Source: Pyxidicoccus caerfyrddinensis (GTDB lineage Bacteria; Myxococcota; Myxococcia; Myxococcales; Myxococcaceae). From it: a stretch of DNA of 64,000 bases. Positions within the stretch are counted from its first letter, which is position 1. Each line of letters opens with the position of its first letter. The notes under the pieces were generated by a model that saw only the letters and a program-made list of their open reading frames with translations, searched no databases and was not told the DNA's origin. A program made the position numbers and the translations under genes. Positions 20,201 to 25,913 of the stretch are shown here, piece by piece. Where the stretch lies: the NCBI RefSeq assembly GCF_010894405.1, contig NZ_JAAIYA010000026.1, positions 111,494-175,493 of the forward strand, given 5' to 3'.

Positions 20201-21622
20201 CTCGGTGATGGGCGTGCCCTTGAAGCCCCAGGTGAGGCCCAGGTACTCCACGGGCTTGCCGTTCTCGTCCTTCGGTGCCAGCTCCGCCTCGTTCGCGTAC
20301 AGCTTGAGGCCGTCGCTGTGCCGCACGGCGAAAGAGAAGGTCTCCCAGTTGAAGGCCAGCTCCGCGGTGGTCTCCAGGTTGAGCGGGCCGAAGCTCACCT
20401 TCACCGTGACGGGCACGGCGATGGAGTGGTTGGGGATGTCCAGGGTGATGGCGCTCAGGTTCGGCTTCACCTGGAGGAACTGCGGCGCGTCCTCGCCGCC
20501 CGGCTCCTGCTTGAGGAAGGGCAGGGTGAAGGGCGCCTTCTCCAGGTTCAGCTTGAAGCCGAAGCTCCAGTCCTCCGCCCGCATGCTGAAGGAGTCCGTG
20601 GCGGTGGGCAGGCACAGCGTGTCGGGGTCGCCGTAGTTGAGCGGCTCCAGCGCGGTGGTGAGCTGGCGGAGGAAGTGGGGCAGCCGGGCCTCCTTCCACT
20701 CGAACTCCGCCAGGGCCAGCGTCACGCGCTGTTTCGCGGCGATGGACAGCTGGAGCAGCGGGTCTGGCGACGCGCGGCCCTGGTCGGCGTGGACCTCGCG
20801 GCCCTCGTCGCGCTCCCAGGCGAAGTCGCTCGTCACCGTCAGACCGGAGCCCTCGGCGAAGGTGAGGTAGAGCCCGGCCTGGCTCAAGGAACGGTCGTCG
20901 CCCTCCGCCTTGGCGTTCACCACGACGCTGAGCTGCGTGTCGTCCGGGAGCTGGAGATTGAGCCCGGGCAGGGGCAGCGCGCGGCCCATGCCGCCCAGCT
21001 CCACGTCCACGCGGACCTCGCGCAGCGGCTGTCCGAACACGAGGCGGAAGGTGATGGCCTGCCGCGCGAAGGTCTGCCGGTCGAGCTGCTCCCAGGTGAG
21101 GGCGAGGCACTCGCGGCCGAGGTGGAAGCCGGCGATGTCCAGCTCGCTGCCATGCTCGAACAGCCCGGGCAGGAAGGCGCGCAGGCGCACGTCGGTGGCG
21201 GTCAGCTCCAGCGCGCTGCTCACGCGCAGGGTGCCCCGGAACGAGAAGCCGGGGGCCTCACCCGCCCCGCCGTCCAGGCCGAGCTGCCCCGCGTCCAGCT
21301 GCACGCAGATGGGGATGTCGTGGAGGATGAGCTCCAGCTCGTCGGTGAACCTCACCTCCGCGCGCAGGAAGGTCAGCCCGTCGCGCACCTCGCCCACGGT
21401 GAGCCGCGCGCCGTCCTGGCCGGCCAGCGGCACGGACAGCTCGCCTTCGATTCCCAGCCACGCGGTGGCGTCGAGCGTGCCGTTCCCCGTGCGCGCCTCG
21501 TAGTCGAGCACGTGGACGCCGCCGAAGAGCTGGCGCAGCGCGGGTTCTGGGAACATGCCGCCGGGAATGGCGGTATCGGCGAGGAAGCCATCGAGGCGAC
21601 CCAGGGAGCGGTAATAGGGCAT
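11204..21622 (-). CDS. Giant protein (3472 aa), unknown family. N-terminal ~1200 aa is rich in amphipathic beta strands, the middle carries FN3-like modules, and the C-terminus has six ~70-aa tandem repeats
   Basis: Uninterrupted 10.4-kb ORF starting 15 nt after the stop of the 757-aa gene. Motifs: AIEFWIKLKLGFIKIKKSFRFSFGIDFTAGLEVGMVGL (alternating polarity); SGRSYLYTITPYDFAGNAGRPLTV (FN3 F/G-strand-like); repeated LxWxGPxxxxxxxxLxxLxGD units near the C-terminus. Confidence 0.85.
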   Translation of the reverse strand: MPYYRSLGRLDGFLADTAIPGGMFPEPALRQLFGGVHVLDYEARTGNGTLDATAWLGIEGELSVPLAGQDGARLTVGEVRDGLTFLRAEVRFTDELELILHDIPICVQLDAGQLGLDGGAGEAPGFSFRGTLRVSSALELTATDVRLRAFLPGLFEHGSELDIAGFHLGRECLALTWEQLDRQTFARQAITFRLVFGQPLREVRVDVELGGMGRALPLPGLNLQLPDDTQLSVVVNAKAEGDDRSLSQAGLYLTFAEGSGLTVTSDFAWERDEGREVHADQGRASPDPLLQLSIAAKQRVTLALAEFEWKEARLPHFLRQLTTALEPLNYGDPDTLCLPTATDSFSMRAEDWSFGFKLNLEKAPFTLPFLKQEPGGEDAPQFLQVKPNLSAITLDIPNHSIAVPVTVKVSFGPLNLETTAELAFNWETFSFAVRHSDGLKLYANEAELAPKDENGKPVEYLGLTWGFKGTPITENGKTRYHLFTLATDKYNYQLQQAPGASFEVKYLHVSDEPIVFAITDFALTPKGLNVTATVTDRPAKLNGLDTRFRFNDSRLVIVENRVQDFTLNGSGPMPPALVGDAMADISLQLAQRDGALTLVSGGARLRGSKLLHCQSTRFEFQVDAIGLRFVNDGRFHLYFVLTGSAQFRLAESDDAEGALALLPKLRIDLVECPLTGDARVISKHVRFLIELPKPLSFSFLGCFELELRGIGFIPQADVFGGDGAMLLTGQLKFAQGAGDTPDTRVDYHRLYIGLPEEGHFLPRLHFGNLPVNLNFGAAFRLNGVVDFVDSTTEKGFSGEGTLQIQGLPTFAAAFSFLRVRRDESSPWLRAWFIYLEARQISLMIPVVQLYVREVGLGFGYRYTLASIKAADQANDVRELLKELKKLSRTQGDLSKRDRWALDLEDPGQDPRWTIVLRAMISQTSASASPLQWDENAEKLISCLFLLDAVIAFRSDLTFFMAVRGWLNANYYDYVSNYKGLRERPFVSGFVLLSPRQKRLLAHVASNPNGQLGPHPQLPEFVEKALTSCQFSATLLVEPGLLHYELGWPNMLRWSQKLGPLEAELRGGFIWRLSREELVTGTSFLARAKLDFSAQVNLGIVGVRVSAQASLAYGARYIGLLSLKDPVGSSALYGGIGIEAHIRFAIEFWIKLKLGFIKIKKSFRFSFGIDFTAGLEVGMVGLSPNGIGLRGTGTLSLSVMGRSFHLSAHIGMREGKVAEALERTKHVLDYGLEATDVEGIPGVEGAALRSGRPAPAALRADTLRTEEAPPALQRRTLAEGTFEAPGYTVFAIRSEDPKGTHYFVLMPQGERPTPSGEVEEEPGFLPVPPAEGAWAQPGYNDFVLTVPRAAKDTYTLEQLDPLTGMWKPHAPTPGQPSQDVAWRAHWETELEKKGERYSETGVPEVGDETFTLARYLRHAFVTEVDALGATIRLRDPARLPPTRSEDVVADDRVHNPTDNAFEAAVRGAVEQFRGSPFFKRDDTRVEYDRLLGQAYQDRTTVYSDDGKVPDDAPGLRKMLEEQQAHQLRGMVVHDIVADLRALAASPDGSGLTPEQRERSVALHMGLVFRVSGGLPAWLDGVPERGEPEPRLRQRIRVEDTTCSGSEVSVRTFNVRDTNFTRNPPQFRRVQQLTDARTIALAWELVWEQPPRAGLTPAQASPEHHLVHYHVRRRGLESNTPEAVYTLKGAQTLHREGGALKRLQPRFQLVDHFHEDTAEDLAALPLSGRSYLYTITPYDFAGNAGRPLTVVATRYPSEPPLVPVNAECVVRYKVDLAILARRDVGTPRVVTPDRVFLEWSEPSAAPGQPQVPVKTYVLVFRRETSLPIGSYGLDSATQRAGARSLPTSNARPLPTDVRVTVVPTGPREKRVAEVPLTKLRELRVLPAENDAWRPEAWRLFMQTESGNGVPSALAPVQLLLRVVRADAPADDTDNRRREERRPAELEWLPSPVVLPVLPPEDVRATVEDAHFPMPVGTVGHPEAFRFNGQLTGVLHQKHPAGVRCIRFRWNQGPSGAPDHPLDLHAGYHLLELDTDAHTTETFGDADRLSRALRGLQEVQMLPAGDMQLVPGDTLATSAWEAWYPSTLQRRRTPAARAAGSQLSLTPGPSWRESLLEWPHWPGLTDSPAPSRTSALHPVLAGIVQRLQRPAGDSQLPAFTVDLQISPPTQPGSFADLLRATAAQADPYGWGVLQRLGLSMAFSLREPRTGEVLKGQALLDAVRDVLAQQGVLPDEAARHLHVELLFQPGRAVALREGAVVAEDLLALVQLSLRPVVRQRALYSAIHLEGPAGAPLDVVLHLKPATTCSVVEQTNPAAGQAELEPEPGATTGTVSKRTFVLPLNGKTQVLLRTRSAAEALSLADLPGAGVALGRPLSPEAQALLTQEPLPAYVTYRETPAAELVLAQSPHTLSADARALLRTTLAQEPAALTALLGMRLEPLFQVTDERTTYFPADVEPLAALLAHDEDTSDEKLRPEAVQWRRFRRYAESLSSTDPGMPAEQKIRIPASGSALEDVLPDVLTWSQRFFDATGRIDFTQDGPLVAPEGPWVATAYPRASSPAYSSPDESGRLTYDHLLEDAWAHNYRFYVRPFARYDLLWQGLRQSPLLYPDAPAVEPARPDPLAGGLDVVMDRTRAVDMPLVLSSTRLDADAPLEPSAPDEPLPPVVPSEPGSTWEVVVAQHPEQALMERNQTLARQLGFRQVAFTLLRGFAFPGWVSALEGAAGLSGPLVLTPVEDRVPEIPGTLPEQPEHLDLSGRLSVEDARGLDLPLRVGAFQQGAQVIQWEGLPFYYKHRLLLMAQTHSTVSPLNEVRQRDFEYRAPEKPVAWVEGMTRTGWVPTPPFGGTTPASGLTVRARGLGIPLRRLWESLPERAQQRWGSERPRPGGRGPSWLPDLDVVYQVVEEHQGNVEVQAELYFDAAAGAFAKRQLGGHFLADIAALSLPEVPLGTEEDRFLLAVTVQQVTELELSRPYTAPQQASIPEPTRSKLAFNARRLSFVGVLTHEDRQNLAVLDALDRQAVGRVHDGWYARVPVASAMDVPASLADVVDFEKPEDLPLVWTGPLDAAQAQALRALPGDEELRRTVETLIATAAGAGADTVTTVVAPRGPEQLPPALAQKVELRTDAAGTAYTTLVWKGHLWAEHQLEIDRWVRVTALADAFARLKEAFDAAVATRPLPAARPLAGELPAVLRGRLGITDAKLRWKGPAPTDAEREALAALAGDAAFLGARTRLLAAIDTDRTVPHLGERPAEDTLPEFVRAQLRFATGTVTWTAPAPTDAQRAALLAMPGDAQWQGTVRLLLQLVDVDQEVDLAPVKRRPRQGDLPDALSARLTVEPTAVHWRGPLDDITQREQLLALDGDAPFVAALQALVADLDARVLQVPFTAPLRPTLDAAHPLSARLVIGGAVLRYHGLMTRDEALRLRALFPRGAEKAAVERLHKQSHSRGMDDRKLGIRARRGSARPSPIHPLDSRPL
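11207..12460 (-). repeat. Six protein-level tandem repeats (~68-76 aa each) forming the C-terminal 418 aa of the 3472-aa protein
   Basis: Repeat starts: LVWTGPLDAAQAQALRALPGDEEL / LVWKGHLWAEHQ / LRWKGPAPTDAEREALAALAGDAAF / VTWTAPAPTDAQRAALLAMPGDAQW / VHWRGPLDDITQREQLLALDGDAPF / LRYHGLMTRDEALRLRALF. Each linker ends in an acidic residue followed by LPxxLxxxL. Coordinates come from my residue counting. Confidence 0.7.
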
Positions 21623-21637
21623 GGCGGGCTCGTGGCG

Positions 21638-23911
21638 CTACGAGAGGGGAAGCTCGTCGGGGCGGATGACCCACAAGGTCCCGACGATGCGGTTGTCCCA
21701 GGTGACGGAGTTGGCGGCCCAGGTGGTCTGCGTCTGGGCCCAGTTCTGGCCGCGCAGCGCCTGGATGTTGGCGTCGTTGACGCCGTTGAGCGCGCGCTGT
21801 TCGACCTGGTAGCGGTCGATGACGTAGTCGCGCAGCACGTTGTGCAGGGGCGACACCAGGCACCCCGCGGAGCCGGTGCCGGTGTTCTGGCCGCTCATGG
21901 TGCCGCGGTGGATGCGGACGTTCACCTTGCCGCCGTGGGTGGGTGACGTCTGCGGGTCGTGGCCCGCCTCGGGCACGTCCTCTGTGACGTGCTCGCCGAA
22001 GTAGAAGCGCGCCTCGCGTAAGCCGTCGTAGGCGGTGACGTCCGGGTCCACGACGGTGAAGGTGTAGTTGCGGAACTGCGGGCCACTGCCCGTTCCGGGC
22101 GAGCGGTAGCTGGCCCAGTGGTAGCGGCGGTTGCCCCGCACGGACGACAGGTTCTGGTCGTTGGCAGGGTAGTTGCGCGAAGTGAAGCTGGTGTAGCGCA
22201 CCTGCGCGTGCACCTCGCCGTTGTGCACGACGAACATCACCCCGTCGTAGTGGTCATAGAAGCGGGGGTTGGCCGGGGTGGCGGGGACGGCCGGACCCAG
22301 GTCATAGGCCAGCGCGGGCAATTCGCCGCTGAGGCCAGCGGGGATGTGCCAGGCGGAGGTTCCGCCGCCGAAGTCCGGGTTGCCGTCCAGGGTGAGGGTG
22401 CGCTGGACGCGGTCGAAGGCGGTGATGCGGTAGGTGCGGCGGGGCCGCGCGGTGTCCGAGGGCAGGTAGACGGTGTCGAAGCGCGCGTTGAGCTTGTTGA
22501 TGTTGGGGGTGCCGTCCAGGCGCACCGTGTTGTCCGCGGTGCGCGTGGCGGAGGCGCCCTGCAGCCGTCCGCCCAGCGGGTCGATGAGCACCAGCACCTG
22601 CCGCAGGCTGATGCGCCACGGGGACGGATTGCCGCCGAGGTTGGGCTCGCTGGCGCCGGCCTCCAGCGTCACCTGCCGGTTGGCCACGTCCACCGCGGTG
22701 ATGCGGTACCACTTCCGGGGGCGCGCGGTGTCCGCGTCGAGGTAGAGCAGGTCCTTCCCGGCGCGCACCCGGCTCAGGTCCATGGTGCCGTCGAGGGTGA
22801 CCTGGTTGCCCGCGGCGGTGGCGGCGGCGCCCTCCGGGTCCAGGAAGTCGATGGTGGTGGCCGCCGTGGGCGTGCCAGGCACCGCGCCGGCGAGCCAGGG
22901 GTCGTCGAAGAGCGAGTAGAACTCGACGATGGCCTCGAGCTGGAAGAGGTTGAGCGCGTCGCGGTCGTTGAACTCGAAGGGCGGGGCGGTGCTGCCCGCG
23001 GGGGCGTGGCCCGCGCGCTTGAGGAGCTGCTCGCGGTAGAGCGCCTTCTGGTGGTTGCCCACCTGCCGCCACTGCGCGGCGGTGAGGTGGAGGCGGTCCT
23101 TCGCCTCCTTGAGCACGCTGAACGGATAGAGCGACGCCTGCACCAGTCCGAGCAGCGCGGCCGGCGTCGCCGCGTCGATGACGGGCCACTTCCTGGGCGC
23201 GAGGGTGAGGAGCTCATCCACCTTCGGCTGCCCCTCCTCCACGAAGTCGCGCATCACGTCGTAGAGGTGCGACGGGTCCGTGGTGCCGGAGAAGGTGAGC
23301 ACGGAGAAGCCCACCTCGCGGGTTCCCGCCTGGCCTGCGACCGGCGCGGCCCGGCCGATGGCATGTCCCGCCGTCACCGGCACGTCCACCTGCCCGCGGA
23401 TGAGCAGGTCCACCACCCGCGCGCGGTTGAGGCCCTGGTTGGGGATGAGGAAGTCCAGCTGCTCCGCCAGCGCGGCCTCCAGGGAGCCCGTCTCGATGTC
23501 CAGGTAGATGAAGCCACGGAGGCCGCCCAGCTGCTGCGCGCGCTGTTGGAAGGCCTGCGCGCCCGTCATGACGAAGGACGGGTGGAGGTACAGCTTCACG
23601 CGGGGCGGGAGCGGCTCGTAGTCCTCGGGCAGGTCGAAGGGCTCCGTCGGGTCGGGTGCTCCACCCAGCGGCGGGCGCGCGGACAGCGTGCCGGCCATCA
23701 CCGCGAGAAGCTGCCCGGTGTCGGTGGTACGGAGCCGGAGGTGGTCGCGGAAGGCGTGCTGAGGCCCGGGCGTGGACGGGGCCGGCCCATAGCCGTGGAC
23801 GCGCGTCCATGGCGTGGGGGCGACGAAGGGCGGGTTGATGAACAGCCGGAGCGGTTTGGCCAAGCGCGACTCCCCCTCAGATTCGCGTCGATGCGGCGCT
23901 GACGCTTCCAT
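21638..23911 (-). CDS. 757-aa protein of unknown family with an internal duplicated module and a C-terminal YkuD (L,D-transpeptidase)-like His/Cys motif; first gene of the giant operon
   Basis: ORF with native codon bias and no signal peptide (MEASAPHRRESEGESRLAKPLRLFINPPF). C-terminal motif VNVRIHRGTMSGQNTGTGSAGCLVSP. A 122-bp divergent intergenic region lies upstream. Confidence 0.8.
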   Translation of the reverse strand: MEASAPHRRESEGESRLAKPLRLFINPPFVAPTPWTRVHGYGPAPSTPGPQHAFRDHLRLRTTDTGQLLAVMAGTLSARPPLGGAPDPTEPFDLPEDYEPLPPRVKLYLHPSFVMTGAQAFQQRAQQLGGLRGFIYLDIETGSLEAALAEQLDFLIPNQGLNRARVVDLLIRGQVDVPVTAGHAIGRAAPVAGQAGTREVGFSVLTFSGTTDPSHLYDVMRDFVEEGQPKVDELLTLAPRKWPVIDAATPAALLGLVQASLYPFSVLKEAKDRLHLTAAQWRQVGNHQKALYREQLLKRAGHAPAGSTAPPFEFNDRDALNLFQLEAIVEFYSLFDDPWLAGAVPGTPTAATTIDFLDPEGAAATAAGNQVTLDGTMDLSRVRAGKDLLYLDADTARPRKWYRITAVDVANRQVTLEAGASEPNLGGNPSPWRISLRQVLVLIDPLGGRLQGASATRTADNTVRLDGTPNINKLNARFDTVYLPSDTARPRRTYRITAFDRVQRTLTLDGNPDFGGGTSAWHIPAGLSGELPALAYDLGPAVPATPANPRFYDHYDGVMFVVHNGEVHAQVRYTSFTSRNYPANDQNLSSVRGNRRYHWASYRSPGTGSGPQFRNYTFTVVDPDVTAYDGLREARFYFGEHVTEDVPEAGHDPQTSPTHGGKVNVRIHRGTMSGQNTGTGSAGCLVSPLHNVLRDYVIDRYQVEQRALNGVNDANIQALRGQNWAQTQTTWAANSVTWDNRIVGTLWVIRPDELPLS
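22337..22807 (-). repeat. Tandem duplication of a ~65-68 aa module inside the 757-aa protein
   Basis: Copy 1 is NQVTLDGTMDLSRVRAGKDLLYLDADTARPRKWYRITAVDVANRQVTLEAG...SPWRI (22604-22807). Copy 2 is NTVRLDGTPNINKLNARFDTVYLPSDTARPRRTYRITAFDRVQRTLTLDGN...SAWHI (22337-22531). The DNA cores also match (GGTGATGCGGTA...CGCGCGGTGTCCG). Confidence 0.75.
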
Positions 23912-24033
23912 CTGCCCATGCGCCTGGGTTTGGAGACAAGAGAAATCTGGGATTGGCTCGCCTGCTGGGGATGATGATTGCAGCCGTGAAGGACGGTTCC
24001 AGTCGCGGGCTCGGGGGATGCTAGGGTTCCAGC

Positions 24034-25206
24034 GTGCTCTTCAATCTCTTGTCAGGCATTCCGTCGTTGCTTGCCCAGGTCCCGGCGCCGGCGCCGGCGC
24101 CCACGGAACCCCAGAGTCTCACGGTGACCCGGGAGCTCATCAACGCCTACGACTCCGCGCGGAACGGGCGGGGGCGGCTGCGAGGGGCCATCGACGAGAT
24201 TCGCCAGGGAAGGGCACTCGGCTATCACCAGACACAGACGTCCCGGCGCTTCCTGGTGCCGCTGCTGGACGACGTGCTCCATGTCCCCGCCGCGGACAGG
24301 GCGGCGCGGCTGGCGGACTGGGATTGGTTCCTGGCCAGTGGCCCGCCCGGCAGCACCCCACGCGCGACGAACGCGGACTGGACGGCGCGGAGAACGGCGT
24401 TCCTGGACTCGATGAAGGTGCCGGTGGAGTCGCGCCTGGCGCGGTTCAACCCCGCGGACAACGTGGCATTCGACGCCACGCTCAACTGGCTCCAGAACCT
24501 GCCCCAGTCGGTCCACGAGCTCATCCAGGACGTCTCGCACGCGGAGATTCCGCCCGCCTTCGTCTACTCGGCGGCGGCGAACGAGGGCCTGGTGGACCAG
24601 TACATCCGGCCCCAGGTTCCCGGCGCCGGAGTCCGGCTGAATGCCGCCCAGTTGTCGGGCATCCGCGTCGACCTGCCCGTGGATGGCTTCATGGCGCTTG
24701 GGATTGACACGTTCTTCACCGAGCTGGGCTACACGCATCAGCCCCTGCGCTCCTTCTTTCCCGCCGGATTCGACGTCACGCAAATGGTGGAGATCACCTA
24801 TACCAACGAGAAGGGGGAGACGGTTCGCTCGGCGCGCGCTCCCAATCTCAGGATGGGGCTTCAGGCGCAGGTGGCCATGCTCCGGCGGCGGCGCGCGCTG
24901 TTCCTGGAAGACCAGACATCGCTCGGCTTCGCGGCGCCGCTTCCCGACGAGCTCGTCTACTTCGCATACATCTATTACAACGTAGGCCCCGGGGACCGGG
25001 CGCATCCGGATGCGCCGGGGAACGGCGGCTACCAGACGTTGTATCGCCACCGCCCGGCCCATCCGAATCCCGCGGAGCGCCGGGTGCTGGGAGATTGGAT
25101 TTCGCAGTCGGCGCTCTGGTACCGGAACGCGATGAAGGTGCTGGTGACGTACCGCTTCGTGTCGGATGCGACAGGCGGTCACCCGGTCATCTTCGCGGGG
25201 CTGTGA
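24034..25206 (+). CDS. Hypothetical protein (390 aa); weak lysozyme/SLT-like hints
   Basis: GTG start right after an in-frame stop, with good G/C third-position bias. It is divergent from the giant operon. Weak motif hints: AAANEGL ... DGFMALGIDT ... YIYYNVGPGD, compared with SLT motifs ES / GLMQ / AYNxGxG. Its stop is 2 nt before the next gene. Confidence 0.6.
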   Translation: MLFNLLSGIPSLLAQVPAPAPAPTEPQSLTVTRELINAYDSARNGRGRLRGAIDEIRQGRALGYHQTQTSRRFLVPLLDDVLHVPAADRAARLADWDWFLASGPPGSTPRATNADWTARRTAFLDSMKVPVESRLARFNPADNVAFDATLNWLQNLPQSVHELIQDVSHAEIPPAFVYSAAANEGLVDQYIRPQVPGAGVRLNAAQLSGIRVDLPVDGFMALGIDTFFTELGYTHQPLRSFFPAGFDVTQMVEITYTNEKGETVRSARAPNLRMGLQAQVAMLRRRRALFLEDQTSLGFAAPLPDELVYFAYIYYNVGPGDRAHPDAPGNGGYQTLYRHRPAHPNPAERRVLGDWISQSALWYRNAMKVLVTYRFVSDATGGHPVIFAGL

Positions 25207-25208
25207 GC

Positions 25209-25913
25209 ATGGTCCGCGCGCGTCCCTGCCTCGGGCTCCTCGCGGCGCTGGTGCTGGCGGGGTGTCCCCGGCAGGGCGTGGTGCCACTGCGGCCAGAACA
25301 GTACCCGGCGCCCTACGAGGTCGTGGCGCGGCTGGACGTGAATGGCGATGGCCGTGAGGATGCGCTCTTCCGGAATCCGGATGACTGCGGCTCCGCGGGC
25401 TGCGCGCACCTGCTCTGGCTCAGTGGCCCCGGAGGCTACCGGGCCGCGCTGACCACGGTGGCCTCGCTGTGCGAGGTGGCCGCGGAGAAGACGCGCGGGT
25501 ATCGGGACGTGCGCTGCGTGCAGCCGGTGGTGGACGAGGGAACGCAGCTCAACGTCCGCGCGGCAGTGCGCTACCGGTGGAGCGGGACGGAGTACGTGAG
25601 CGAGCTCGCGCACCTGGACGGCGCGGCCGAGCGCCCCGCCTGCGAGCTGTTCCGCGCGCGAACGGCGCTGCCGCTCTGGGTGCTGCCGGCCCGGGACGTG
25701 TCGGTCTCCGAGCGCACGCCGCAGGGGTGGACGTTCGGTCCCCCGGTGACGCCGCGGCGCGGAGCACTGGAGGAGGGAGAGACCTTCGAGCCGGGCGTCG
25801 AGCGGGTGGACGCGGCGGGGGAGCGCTGGACGCAGGTGCCGGGGCGCGGGTGGGTGGAGTCGAAGGGGCTCGACTGCGCTGAAGGCGGCGAGGACTCAGC
25901 GGCCGGGCCCTGA
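25209..25913 (+). CDS. Lipoprotein with an FG-GAP/VCBS-like Ca-binding loop and an SH3b-like C-terminus
   Basis: Internal ATG of track ORF 25095..25913 gives MVRARPCLGLLAALVLAGC/PRQG (lipobox). It contains DVNGDGREDALFRNPDDCGSAGC. It is likely co-transcribed with the 24034 gene (2-nt gap). Confidence 0.7.
   Translation: MVRARPCLGLLAALVLAGCPRQGVVPLRPEQYPAPYEVVARLDVNGDGREDALFRNPDDCGSAGCAHLLWLSGPGGYRAALTTVASLCEVAAEKTRGYRDVRCVQPVVDEGTQLNVRAAVRYRWSGTEYVSELAHLDGAAERPACELFRARTALPLWVLPARDVSVSERTPQGWTFGPPVTPRRGALEEGETFEPGVERVDAAGERWTQVPGRGWVESKGLDCAEGGEDSAAGP

Noticed and set aside
3227-21946. Very long plus-strand ORFs inside the giant operon (3227..5644 805 aa; 5669..7075; 8102..11176 1024 aa; 11228..13453; 14237..17296 1019 aa; 17372..18646; 19328..21946 872 aa) and many shorter ones
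   Set aside because: These are shadow ORFs typical of high-GC DNA. Their translations are low-complexity (Arg/Gly/Ala/His/Gln-rich). They are broken into pieces, whereas the minus-strand frames are continuous for 8-10 kb with protein-like composition and G/C third-position bias.
3179-23911. Idea that the giant trio is a Tc-toxin (TcA/TcB/TcC), RHS/polymorphic toxin, adhesin or contractile-injection locus
   Set aside because: I saw no YD/RHS repeats, no SpvB or FG-GAP N-domains in the giants, and no PAAR, VgrG, sheath, tube or baseplate-like sequences. I also saw no signal peptides or RTX, cadherin or Ig repeat arrays. The gene sizes and order do not match Tc loci.
23966-23982. Sigma-54-like element GGGGATGATGATTGCA upstream of the 24034 gene
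   Set aside because: The GG-N10-GC spacing fits, but the -24 box is poor (GGGGAT compared with TGGCAC). It is too weak to call without a PSSM score or TSS data.
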